Numbered from the stretch's first letter, positions 9,719 to 18,862 are shown. The stretch is DNA of 64,000 nucleotides from an uncultured delta proteobacterium (GCA_963739295.1 CAVTZS010000009.1:45948-109947); one strand, 5' to 3'. Notes: generated by a model from the letters alone, not told the origin. Numbers and translations: made by a program.

Positions 9719-10759
9719 ATGGATTATAAAGAGATATACGAAGGCAAGACCATTCTCGTGACCGGCGGGGCCGGGGCCATCGGCAGTAACCTGACCCAAG
9801 CCCTGGGGGCATTGGGGGCCAAGTTAATCATCGTTTTGGATGACCTGTCCTCCGCGGTCAGATGGAATGTGCCAGCGCTTCCTAATGTCTTGTTTGTGGA
9901 AGGCAGCATTCTGGATGAGGTGGAACTTAAACGCGTCTTTTTCGAAGGCCCGGAAATAGTCTTTCATCTGGCCGCCTTATTTGCCAACCAGAATTCCATT
10001 GATCATCCCGAAACCGACCTCATGGTCAATGGCCTGGGCACCTTGAAACTATTGCAATATTCCCTTCTGGCCCGGGTCAAGCGTTTTATTTATGCATCTT
10101 CCGGGTGCTCTATTTATGGCAGCGATGCCCCCTTGCCCTTAACCGAAGAATTCATGTCCTTGCATCTGAGCTCTCCCTACCAGATCACCAAAATGGTGGG
10201 GGAGCTTTATGGCAACTTTTTCCAGCATCACTACGGGCTGCCGGTGGTCAAGGCCAGGTTTTTTAATTCTTACGGTCCAGGAGAAGTTCCGGGTCAGTAT
10301 CGCAATGTAATTCCCAACTTTACCTATTGGGCCATGCAGGGTAGGCCGCTCCCGATCACCGGCACCGGCGAAGAGACCCGGGATTTCACCTACGTGGGAG
10401 ATATAGTCGATGGGCTGCTCCGGGCCGGATATTATGAGGCCGCAGTGGGTCAGGAATTCAATCTGGCCTCGGGGAAAGAGACCCGTATCGTCGATTTGGC
10501 CCAGATGATTAACGCCCAGGTGGGGAATAAGGCAGGAATCACTTTCACCGAGCGGCGTAAATGGGACACCAAACCGCGTCTTTTGGCCTCGGTGGATCGT
10601 GCCCAAAATCTTATCGGCTACCAACCCAAAACTCCTTTTGAGGAGGGTCTAAAAATCACCCTTGCCTGGTTTCGGGAGAATTGGGACCGGATCCAAATGG
10701 CAGCCCGGTTTGGCCCTGGTATTTCCTCTGCAGTGAGGGAGATCGTCACTAAGGAATAA
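9719..10759 (+). CDS. NAD-dependent nucleotide-sugar epimerase/dehydratase
   Basis: 346 aa. ILVTGGAGAIGSNL Rossmann motif, and a catalytic YxxxK in SPYQITKMVGE. Confidence 0.85.
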   Translation: MDYKEIYEGKTILVTGGAGAIGSNLTQALGALGAKLIIVLDDLSSAVRWNVPALPNVLFVEGSILDEVELKRVFFEGPEIVFHLAALFANQNSIDHPETDLMVNGLGTLKLLQYSLLARVKRFIYASSGCSIYGSDAPLPLTEEFMSLHLSSPYQITKMVGELYGNFFQHHYGLPVVKARFFNSYGPGEVPGQYRNVIPNFTYWAMQGRPLPITGTGEETRDFTYVGDIVDGLLRAGYYEAAVGQEFNLASGKETRIVDLAQMINAQVGNKAGITFTERRKWDTKPRLLASVDRAQNLIGYQPKTPFEEGLKITLAWFRENWDRIQMAARFGPGISSAVREIVTKE

Positions 10760-10886
10760 TCTGGAAGCTAAGAAAGATATAGGGTTTATGGACCATCGGG
10801 ATGGGTGGCCGCGGTAGCAAGCTTGGGCCAGGGAAGAAATCCCCTCGCAGCTATTACCCCGGGAATTGCCTTTCCTTAATTTTTGT

Positions 10887-12119
10887 ATGAAAAAAGTCCT
10901 CATCATCTTCGGGACCCGCCCTGAAGCCATCAAAATGGCGCCCGTGGTCCTCCGCTTTAGCGAAGTGGCCGACACCTTTGAGGCAAAGGTGGTGGTTACC
11001 GCCCAACACCGCCAGATGCTGGATCAGGTGCTAGATTTATTTAATATTAAGCCAGATTACGATCTGGACATCATGTCCCCGGACCAGGACCTTTTTGAAG
11101 TCACGGGGCGCGCCCTGACCGGGCTAAAAGAGGTGCTCCTCCAAGAGAAACCGGACTTAGTGCTGGTCCAAGGCGACACCACCACTGTCTTTATGGCGGC
11201 CCTGGCGGCCTTCTATCTTAAAGTACCGGTGGGACATGTAGAAGCCGGGCTGCGCACCCGGGATAAATACCAGCCCTTCCCGGAAGAGCTTAACCGGCAT
11301 CTGACCGCGGTTTTGGCCGATTACCACTTCGCTCCAACTGCCTGGGCCCGGGATAATCTAGTTGCCGAGGGAGTGTCGCTGGGCAACATCTGGGTGACCG
11401 GCAATACGGTGATAGACGCCCTGCAGATTGTGGCGGCCCAGGTCAACAAAGAAAAAGAGCGGTGGGAAGATTATTTTGCCCAACAGTACGGGTTATTCTT
11501 GGAAGATGGCAGACGCCTGATCCTGGTAACCGGCCACCGCCGGGAGAATTTTGGCCCTGGCTTTGAAAGTATCTGCCGGGCTTTGCGGGATATAGTGGAA
11601 CATTACCCCGAAGTCAATCTAGTTTATCCGGTTCACCTCAATCCCAACGTGCAACGCCCGGTTTATGAAATCCTCTCTGGGGGCTATAAGGCTGGAGCAG
11701 GGGGATCGGGAACCAGCATAATGAAGACCGCCCAGGGGGGTTGTTTATCGCTCCTGCCACCTCTGGAATATGCCCCCTTCATATATTTGATGAGCCAATG
11801 CTATCTGGTGTTAACGGATTCCGGAGGTATCCAGGAGGAGGCCCCGGCCCTGGGGAAGCCGGTGTTAGTGATGCGGGAGGTTACTGAGCGTCCAGAAGGT
11901 GTCTGGGCCCAGACGGTGAGGCTGGTGGGCACTGACCGAGAACGGATATTTCAAGAGGTCCGAAAGCTTATGGACAGCCCGGCCAGTTACCAGGCCATGG
12001 CCCAGGCCCGCAACCCCTATGGTGATGGCCAGGCTGCCAGTCGCATCGTGCAAATAATCGCGCAAATATTTGGGGTGCCGGCCCCTTTTAATCCTCCCGC
12101 CTTTTCGCCGCCCTTATAA
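10887..12119 (+). CDS. wecB: UDP-N-acetylglucosamine 2-epimerase (non-hydrolysing)
   Basis: MKKVLIIFGTRPEAIKMAPV..., HVEAGLRT, LTDSGGIQEEAPALGKPVLVMREVTERPE. I chose the ATG at 10887 over the upstream TTG at 10866. About 20 extra residues (GGYKAGAGGSGTSIMKTAQGG) lie before the LTDSGG block. Confidence 0.88.
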   Translation: MKKVLIIFGTRPEAIKMAPVVLRFSEVADTFEAKVVVTAQHRQMLDQVLDLFNIKPDYDLDIMSPDQDLFEVTGRALTGLKEVLLQEKPDLVLVQGDTTTVFMAALAAFYLKVPVGHVEAGLRTRDKYQPFPEELNRHLTAVLADYHFAPTAWARDNLVAEGVSLGNIWVTGNTVIDALQIVAAQVNKEKERWEDYFAQQYGLFLEDGRRLILVTGHRRENFGPGFESICRALRDIVEHYPEVNLVYPVHLNPNVQRPVYEILSGGYKAGAGGSGTSIMKTAQGGCLSLLPPLEYAPFIYLMSQCYLVLTDSGGIQEEAPALGKPVLVMREVTERPEGVWAQTVRLVGTDRERIFQEVRKLMDSPASYQAMAQARNPYGDGQAASRIVQIIAQIFGVPAPFNPPAFSPPL

Positions 12120-12198
12120 TTTCCAAGGCATTCCGAGTAAAAACTCCGCGCCCAGGCCGAGCCTTTATAACCTGGAGCGCGGAGAAAATGATCCCAGG

Positions 12199-14616
12199 CT
12201 AAGGTTTTTTCGTCCCGGGCAAACTCTCCAGCAGTTTCTCGGCTGCGGCTCGCTCCGGGAACCCCGCTTTAAAGGCCAGGGCCTTCTGCAGGGATTCCCG
12301 GGCGGTTTCTGGTTCACCCAATTTGGCCGCACACCAACCCAAATGATAGAGAGATGATGGGTGGTCGGGCAACTTCGCTATCGACTGTTCCAGATAGGTC
12401 TTGGCTTGGGCAAATTTACCTTGCTTGCAAAGGACCCAGCCCATAGTGTCCAGCAAATTGGCATCCTCAGGGAATTCCTCCACCGATTCAGAGATTAGTT
12501 TCTGGGCCTTATCCAGATTTTCTGGGGTGGGAAGGTGGTCGGCCAACAAGTAGGCCAGATTATTGCGAGCTAAATTCGGAAAAAGGCCACGGGATAGCAG
12601 GGTGTTGTAAACGGCCATGGCCTTATCAAATTTTTGCTGTTGCTCGTAGAGCATGGCCAAAATCAAGAAATAAACGGGGGGAGTTTTGGGATCTGCCACC
12701 CGTGCTTCTAGCTGCTGGGTGACCGCATCCCGATCAGGTAACTGTCGATACGCATAGGTCAACAGCCATAGAATAGTTGGGTTGGGATTGAGAGCGATAG
12801 CCCCTTCCAGGGCCGGGATAGCCTCCTGCGGATGCTTTTGAGATAAGAGAAGTTCGCCCAGCAGCAGATGGAGTTGAGGATTCTGGGGATTGTGGGCCAG
12901 GCTCTGGCGCACAACCTCCAGGGCTTTGTCAGGACGCTTTTGCTCCAGGTGTACGGCAACTATCTGTTGGAGGGCAGGCAAAAAGTTGGGCTGCTTGCTC
13001 AGGGCCGTCTCAAAATGCTTGAGAGCCTGGTCCGGCTGCCTTTGTTTCCAGCTTAGAAGTCCCAGTTTGTAGTAACCCAGCGGGTTCTGAGGCTCCAAAG
13101 CGATAATTTTTTGGAACGTGCTCCGGGCCTGGCCATAGTCACCTTTTTGCGCATAGACGTCTCCCAGGGCATTTAGGTTGAGAATATCTTTCTCGTTAAA
13201 CCGGAGATAACCTTTAATGGTCTGGATGGCCCCATCGTAATCTTTAGCCTGGAGATAGAGACCATAAAGGAATTTTCTGGCATCCAGGTAGTCGGCTTTC
13301 AGCTCCAGGGCCTTCTTGGCCTTTTCCTTGGCCAGCTCTGGTTCTTTATTTAGCAGGTGGGCCCGGGCCAGCAGCAGCCAGGTCTCTGCGTTCTGAGGCT
13401 GATCCTGGGTGATAATCCGAAAACTGCTAACCGCCTTCAGACCGTCTTTTTTGGCCAGGGCTATCAGTCCCTGGTTCAGGGTAGCTTGCATATCTTTGGG
13501 ATTGTCCTTGAGAACCTCGTTCACCAGTTTTTCGCTTTCCTCCAGGAGGCCCCGGGATAGGCGAAGGCGGGCCAATTGATTCTTGGCTTGCATTCCCTTA
13601 GGGCCATTGGGGTCCTTGGCAATAATCTCCTGGAGGACCTTCACCCCTTTCCCTTCCCTTCCCGAGCCGAGGTAGAACTCGGCCAGGGCAAAGCGGGCAG
13701 GAAAATTATCCGGATGTTGATTAACAAAATCCTGTAGAGTCTGCTCCGCCTCTTTGGGGCGCCTTAGCCGGGTGAGGAAGCGGGCCAGGTCCACGGCGTG
13801 AGTTTCTTTATCGGGCTCCAAACTCAGGTTGTGGCGCAGGGCCTGCTCCGCCTTGTCCCATTGTTGTGCCAAAATATAATGACGGGGGAGTTCTGCCTGG
13901 AGTCTGGGATTTTTGGGTTCCAGTTCAACCGCCTTAAGCAGAGCGGCCTCGCCCTGGTCAAACTGCTTTTGGTTGTCTGCCAGGTGGGCCTGGGCAATGT
14001 ATAGGTCCAGGGCTTTGGGATTAGCCTTTAGTCCAGCCGCTAAAGTAGCTGCCGCAGCTTCAGGTTGTTTTTGATTGGCCTCGATGCTGGATTGCATTAG
14101 ATAAGCAACGATCTTGCCAGGGTCCAGGCGCCGCACCTCTGCCAGGAGATCTAAGGCCTTCTGAGGCTGTTGCCGGGCCAGGGCTAGGGAGGCCGCCAGG
14201 AGCCAGGCATCGGGATTTTTAGGTTCTTGCTCAAGGGCCAGTTTTACCTTGGCTTCGGCGTCATCCGGTCTTCGAGCCAACAGCAGGATTTGGCCCAGGA
14301 GGATTTGGGCTTCGGTCAAGTCGGGCTTCAGTGTCGCCGCCTGGGTCAGGTTCCCATAGGCATTTCGGGGGTTGTTTAACCTGAGCTCTGCCTTTCCCAG
14401 CCAGAGATACGCCTCGGCCCATTTGGGGTCAATTTGTATGGCATTTCTGAATTCCAACCTGGCCCCAATGAAATCTCCCTTCTGGTACAGATCTTTCCCA
14501 TGCGCGACGAACTTGTCCCGTTTCTCCTCCATGGTGGCACAGCCGAACAGATATATGACCGTTAAAAGTAAGGCCAATCGTAACACAACGTTTCGACGCC
14601 GCAAATTTTCCAGCAT
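12199..14616 (-). CDS. TPR-repeat lipoprotein, PrsT-like (PEP-CTERM/exosortase-system type)
   Basis: 805 aa. Signal peptide with lipobox (LTVIYLFGC), then TPR repeats along the whole length (...AEAYLWLGKAELRLNN..., ...GDYGQARSTFQKIIALEPQNP...). Confidence 0.75.
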   Translation of the reverse strand: MLENLRRRNVVLRLALLLTVIYLFGCATMEEKRDKFVAHGKDLYQKGDFIGARLEFRNAIQIDPKWAEAYLWLGKAELRLNNPRNAYGNLTQAATLKPDLTEAQILLGQILLLARRPDDAEAKVKLALEQEPKNPDAWLLAASLALARQQPQKALDLLAEVRRLDPGKIVAYLMQSSIEANQKQPEAAAATLAAGLKANPKALDLYIAQAHLADNQKQFDQGEAALLKAVELEPKNPRLQAELPRHYILAQQWDKAEQALRHNLSLEPDKETHAVDLARFLTRLRRPKEAEQTLQDFVNQHPDNFPARFALAEFYLGSGREGKGVKVLQEIIAKDPNGPKGMQAKNQLARLRLSRGLLEESEKLVNEVLKDNPKDMQATLNQGLIALAKKDGLKAVSSFRIITQDQPQNAETWLLLARAHLLNKEPELAKEKAKKALELKADYLDARKFLYGLYLQAKDYDGAIQTIKGYLRFNEKDILNLNALGDVYAQKGDYGQARSTFQKIIALEPQNPLGYYKLGLLSWKQRQPDQALKHFETALSKQPNFLPALQQIVAVHLEQKRPDKALEVVRQSLAHNPQNPQLHLLLGELLLSQKHPQEAIPALEGAIALNPNPTILWLLTYAYRQLPDRDAVTQQLEARVADPKTPPVYFLILAMLYEQQQKFDKAMAVYNTLLSRGLFPNLARNNLAYLLADHLPTPENLDKAQKLISESVEEFPEDANLLDTMGWVLCKQGKFAQAKTYLEQSIAKLPDHPSSLYHLGWCAAKLGEPETARESLQKALAFKAGFPERAAAEKLLESLPGTKKP

Positions 14617-14855
14617 AGAAAATCTCCATCCTCCTGCGCTCTGCTTCTCTAAGAAAGAAACTTTTCATTGATATCATTTTCGCCCAGAGATTGCCATTCG
14701 TTTCTTAAGGTTGGCGTAAGCCCGCCAGCTCAGGGTTATATGGGAGTGGGGCTCTATTGACACCGGGATAGGCGACTCTGACCCCGATCATCTGCCACTT
14801 TGGTTTGATGGCGGCGAAGGTGGGCTGGTTATCTCACCAGAAAAATCTGGAAAGC

Positions 14856-15710
14856 TCAGGAAGTGGGTACGTTCCTTTTCCAGCGAGGGGCTGAGACCTT
14901 AACTTCCGGTTTGGCAATCTTCCAGTGCGGCGGGGGAACCTTCCATTTTAGCCCGGAGTCCCTGGGTGGGGGGCTCGAATTCTCACCCGAGGTTAAGAAA
15001 TTACGGGAGGCCAGCTTTAATCCTCTCAGGCTTTGCGGCTCGCCCGAATAATCTCGGATGACCGCGGCTACATAATTCAGCGTTTCGGGAAATGGCGGGC
15101 ACCCTTGATATTTAACCACATTCTCCGGGCCGGCGTTGTACGCGGCCAGGGCCAGGATGATATCCTGGTTAAACTGGCTCAGGCATATCTGGAGGTACTT
15201 AACGCCTCCGGCGATATTTTGTTCCACATCAAAAGGGTCACGCACTCCCAACAGGGCCGCGGTATCAGGCATAAGCTGCATCAGACCCATGGCGCCCTTG
15301 GGGGACACCGCCCCTGGATTGAAGCCCGACTCCTGGCGCATCACCGCCCACACCAGGTTTTCATCCACCCTGTGCAAACGGGCATATTTCCTGATAACCT
15401 GCTCTAATCTCTGAACTCCCGGGGAACTGGCAATCCAGGCCGGCTTCCCGGCAGCCTTGAATGAACGGGATGGGGCCACAGGATTCCACAACCTTGAGAA
15501 ATTTTCAAGGGCGAGTTGGGGGCGGGCTTGAGGGGCGCTTGAGCCGGAGTCTCCTGAAAGGAGTTGAGGCGTAGCATCTTCCTTGAGGCTCGGGGAGCTA
15601 TTGGGAGAGACGCTGGGGGTCAACGTTTGGCGGCCAGGTGGGGCCAGGAGCAGCAAGACCCCCAGGCACCCTAAGCCTAGCCACCTGATCATCCGCCATT
15701 CCTTAACCAT
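14856..15710 (-). CDS. lytic transglycosylase (SLT domain), secreted
   Basis: 284 aa. N-terminal signal sequence and a low-complexity S/P linker. SLT catalytic block VWAVMRQESGFNPGAVSPKGAMGLMQLMPDTA and AYNAGPENV. Confidence 0.85.
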   Translation of the reverse strand: MVKEWRMIRWLGLGCLGVLLLLAPPGRQTLTPSVSPNSSPSLKEDATPQLLSGDSGSSAPQARPQLALENFSRLWNPVAPSRSFKAAGKPAWIASSPGVQRLEQVIRKYARLHRVDENLVWAVMRQESGFNPGAVSPKGAMGLMQLMPDTAALLGVRDPFDVEQNIAGGVKYLQICLSQFNQDIILALAAYNAGPENVVKYQGCPPFPETLNYVAAVIRDYSGEPQSLRGLKLASRNFLTSGENSSPPPRDSGLKWKVPPPHWKIAKPEVKVSAPRWKRNVPTS

Positions 15711-15980
15711 CTACCTTTACTCACTGAGGACACCGGTTGTTGGACCGTGTCAGTAGATCGTTTAGCCCTGGAGGGTGCCCATCAAGGGAGGGTCTCACCT
15801 GAAGAGCCCGCTTTTGGGCAGCTATTTACGCTCCGGGGCCTAGTCCAGGCAGCAGGTTCTTAAACGATAATTACTATTGCCTAATAGTGCAACCGTTTTA
15901 GTGAAAAGGTCCCCTCCAGGAAGGTGGGGGGAGGCTGAGAATGATTATGAGATTTGGGCTAGGAAGCCTCTCAGGTTAAT

Positions 15981-16018
15981 AAAAAAGCCGGGCGTCCGCT
16001 TTCATAGGCAACCCGGCT
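15981..16018 (-). terminator. intrinsic terminator / expression platform of the riboswitch
   Basis: Minus strand reads AGCCGGG-(19 nt)-CCCGGCU followed by UUUUU. The 5' arm (16018-16012) is also the 3' strand of the aptamer's second helix. Confidence 0.6.
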
Positions 16019-16082
16019 ATCTCTCAGATCACTGAGACCCGTAGCTTTCCGTCCCCACCTTGCGATGGGTTTGGCTTTTTCT
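16005..16082 (-). promoter_or_regulatory. c-di-GMP-I (GEMM-I) riboswitch aptamer
   Basis: Minus-strand RNA: AGAAAAAGCCAAACCCAUCGCAAGGUGGGGACGGAAAGCUACGGGUCUCAGUGAUCUGAGAGAUAGCCGGGUUGCCUAUG. It aligns block for block with my recollection of the Vibrio Vc2 aptamer: GCAAACC; a GNRA-capped hairpin (here CCCAUC-GCAA-GGUGGG); GGGACGCAAAGCC; a second hairpin; UAGCGGGGUUACC. Vc2 G21/C46 are swapped to C/G here, which is compensatory. Confidence 0.7.
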
Positions 16083-16090
16083 AATAGATG

Positions 16091-16120
16091 ATAATAGCAT
16101 AATTTAAAGGACATTGTCAA
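16091..16120 (-). promoter_or_regulatory. sigma70-type promoter driving the riboswitch leader
   Basis: Minus strand: TTGACA (16120-16115), 18-nt spacer, TATTAT (16096-16091). The aptamer begins about 8-10 nt downstream. Confidence 0.55.
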
Positions 16121-16319
16121 GTATTTTTGTAATTAAAGAATATCAGAAATCTTGTAGCTCGAAATCAATGGCAAATCAGTCCATGCATGGCTTGCATATC
16201 TGTCCGGAGCGAGTCTTTAATGGCGCCAGGCCTGTTCGGTAAATTTGGGTCTTTTGATTCATTTATGCTAATTAAAATGGAACATCACCCGCTAAAAGTC
16301 CATTCATCCCGGAGAAGCT

Positions 16320-16988
16320 ATGCAAATAACCAGGGAAATATTCCAGGTGGGGGGAGGGCAACTCACGGCCTTGGAGGACGCCGCCATCTATCTGCTCAAT
16401 TTCGACGGCCACGCGGCCCTGGTGGACGCCGGCTGCGGCCACGCCCAGAAAGAACTGCTGGCCAATATCCAGGCCTGTGGGGTCAGGCCGGAGCAGATCG
16501 AGTACCTGCTGCTGACCCACTGCCACTTTGACCACACAGGGGGGGCCAAAGCCCTGAAGGACCTGCTTCGCTGCCAGGTGGTGGCCCATGCGCTGGACGC
16601 GCCCTTCCTGGAGGAGGGCGACAATGCGGTGACTGCCGCCAGGTGGTACGGGGCCGTGCTCCAGCCTTTTCAGGTGGACCTGAAGATATCCGGGGACCGG
16701 GAAGACATCCCTTTAGGAGGCAGGGCCATCCAGGCCATCCACACCCCCGGGCACTCTCCCGGGTCAGTGGTTTATTTGACCGAATCCGAGGGAAGGAAAA
16801 TACTTTTTGCCCAGGATGTCCATGGCCCGCTGCACCCGGACCTCAGGTCCGACGCCGAAGACTACCGGCGCTCCCTGGACCTGCTGCTCTCCCTGGAGGC
16901 AGACATCCTGTGCGAAGGCCATTATGGGGTGTATCAGGGGAAAAAAGAAGTGGCCGGTTTTATCAGGGAGTTTTTGACGGCCTGGTAA
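16320..16988 (+). CDS. MBL-fold metallo-hydrolase
   Basis: 222 aa. The HxHxDH motif is LLLTHCHFDHTGGA. Later conserved His (IHTPGHSPGS) and Asp/His residues are present. Confidence 0.85.
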   Translation: MQITREIFQVGGGQLTALEDAAIYLLNFDGHAALVDAGCGHAQKELLANIQACGVRPEQIEYLLLTHCHFDHTGGAKALKDLLRCQVVAHALDAPFLEEGDNAVTAARWYGAVLQPFQVDLKISGDREDIPLGGRAIQAIHTPGHSPGSVVYLTESEGRKILFAQDVHGPLHPDLRSDAEDYRRSLDLLLSLEADILCEGHYGVYQGKKEVAGFIREFLTAW

Positions 16989-17053
16989 ATAGTTTTGTGT
17001 GGGGGGAGGGCCAGGGACCTGAGGTCCCTGCCCTCTGATCCAAACAACCAAGA

Positions 17054-18664
17054 TCAACCTCTGGCGCTGGAGGGGGCCTGCCGGCGCTGTTCCTTGATCA
17101 TCCGGTCCAGGCCGAACTGTTTGACCCGGTAACCTATTTGCCTCAGGGTCAGGCCCAGTTCCATGGCGGCCTGGGACTGAATCCAGCGGTTGCGCTCCAG
17201 GGCGGCCAAGATCTCCCGTTTTTCCATCTTTTTTAAGCGGGACAGAAACGGATGGTCCTCCATTGCCACCTTTTGGCTGGCAGGAAGAAGATACGGCGGC
17301 AGGTCCGGGAGATCGATTTCCGAGCCTTCCACCACGATACCCAGGCGCTCCACCAGATTCTCCAGTTCTCGTACATTCCCGGGCCAGTCATATTCCCGCA
17401 AGACCTCTAAAGCCTTTTGGTTGACATAAAACCTGCGTCCGTATTCCTTGGAAACCTTATCCAGGAAATGATTGAGGAGCGCCGGCAGGTCTTCCGGGCG
17501 TTCCCTGAGGGGTGGCAAATTTATGGGCAAGACATTAAGCCGGTAGTAGAGATCGCCCCTGAACCGGCCTTCATTTACCGCCTCAGTGAGGTCTTTGCTG
17601 GCTGCCGCGAAGACGCGGACCTCAACCTTCCTGGTCTTGCGGCTACCCAGGCGCTCAAATTCCCGTTCCTGCAAAAATCTCAGGAGCTTGGCCTGGCAGG
17701 TGAGGGAAAGTTCCCCGACTTCCTCCAGGAAAACGCTGCCCCCATCCGCTTCTTCCAGCCGCCCGGGCTTGGCTTTGGTGGCTCCGGTAAAAGCGTCTTT
17801 CTCATACCCGAAAAGTTCTGTTTCCAGCAAGTCATCAGGCCTGGAGGCGCAATTTATTTTCACCAAAGGATATTTGGCCCTGGGGCTTAACTCGTGGATG
17901 ATCCGGGCCACCAGGGTCTTGCCGGTGCCGGATTCACCGGTTAGCAAGACGGGAGCTCTGCTTATGACACCTTTTTTAATCAACTGTTGGACTTCTATGA
18001 GGGCCGGACCTTTGCCGACGATAACCAGATTCTGAGATCTCTCCGAGAGTTCAGTCCGGAGAAAGAGATTCTCCCGCCGCAAATTTTCTTCTCGGGCGAG
18101 CACCTGTAGGTTGAGACTGACAAATTGGGCAATGAGCAGAGCCACTATGCTAAGGAACCTGACATCTTCTGCTAAAGAGATATCTTCGCCCCCAAGGCGA
18201 TCTACACTTAAAACTCCTATGGCCGTGCCCTGAAGGACGATGGGAACCCCGATAAAAGAAATCCGTCCTCTCTCCAGCCGGCGTGATTCGGTCTTATAGC
18301 GAAACAAAGGTTCTTTGCTGATGTCAGAAACTACCAGAGGCTGGGTGGTGTGAAAAATCAGGCTGGTAACCCTTTCATCCAGGAGATAGACCCCCCCAGT
18401 TTTTTCTTGCGGGGTGAGCCCGGAAGAGGCACTGAGGAGCAGGTGGCCGGTTTCGGCATCCTTGAGGGCAATAGTGGCCCGCTTCATGGACAGGGAATCG
18501 GAAAGAATCTCCAGGACCTTCTCCAGGGTCTGCTCCAGGTTAAGGGCCTGGCTAATGATCTGGCTGATCTCGTGCAGGACTTTTAATTCGAGCTCAGTGA
18601 TACCGGCGTCCATACCCTTATTGGGGAGCAAGAAATATGCCTGCTTTTCAGACAAACGGGGCAT
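17054..18664 (-). CDS. sigma54-dependent transcriptional activator with N-terminal GAF domain (NifA-like architecture)
   Basis: 536 aa. GAF-like N-terminus; AAA+ core with GESGTGKTLVARIIHELS, the GAFTGA-type loop (KDAFTGA) and ELFGYEK; C-terminal Fis-type HTH (AAMELGLTLRQIGYRVKQFGL). Confidence 0.9.
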   Translation of the reverse strand: MPRLSEKQAYFLLPNKGMDAGITELELKVLHEISQIISQALNLEQTLEKVLEILSDSLSMKRATIALKDAETGHLLLSASSGLTPQEKTGGVYLLDERVTSLIFHTTQPLVVSDISKEPLFRYKTESRRLERGRISFIGVPIVLQGTAIGVLSVDRLGGEDISLAEDVRFLSIVALLIAQFVSLNLQVLAREENLRRENLFLRTELSERSQNLVIVGKGPALIEVQQLIKKGVISRAPVLLTGESGTGKTLVARIIHELSPRAKYPLVKINCASRPDDLLETELFGYEKDAFTGATKAKPGRLEEADGGSVFLEEVGELSLTCQAKLLRFLQEREFERLGSRKTRKVEVRVFAAASKDLTEAVNEGRFRGDLYYRLNVLPINLPPLRERPEDLPALLNHFLDKVSKEYGRRFYVNQKALEVLREYDWPGNVRELENLVERLGIVVEGSEIDLPDLPPYLLPASQKVAMEDHPFLSRLKKMEKREILAALERNRWIQSQAAMELGLTLRQIGYRVKQFGLDRMIKEQRRQAPSSARG

Positions 18665-18862
18665 CTTGCCGGATTCTGAGAAAACCAGACCAGGCCTGGA
18701 TTTTACAATTGGTTAGATCAAATTTTGAAGTTTTAAAGTAAATTTCCCTCCAGGGGCTGATACATTTTTGTTAGATAATAAATTTAAATCTAGACATTCT
18801 TGTGGATATTTCCCTGTGGGAGGAAGAAGAAAGGGAAGGGACTGGCCAGAAATAGCGGGCGG

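Noticed and set aside
15985-16020. RNase P RNA P4-like strings (AAAAGCCGGGCG ... AACCCGGCUAU).
   Set aside because: The two strings are only about 20 nt apart and simply form the terminator hairpin. No GAGGAAAGUCC box or the other roughly 300 nt of RNase P structure is present.
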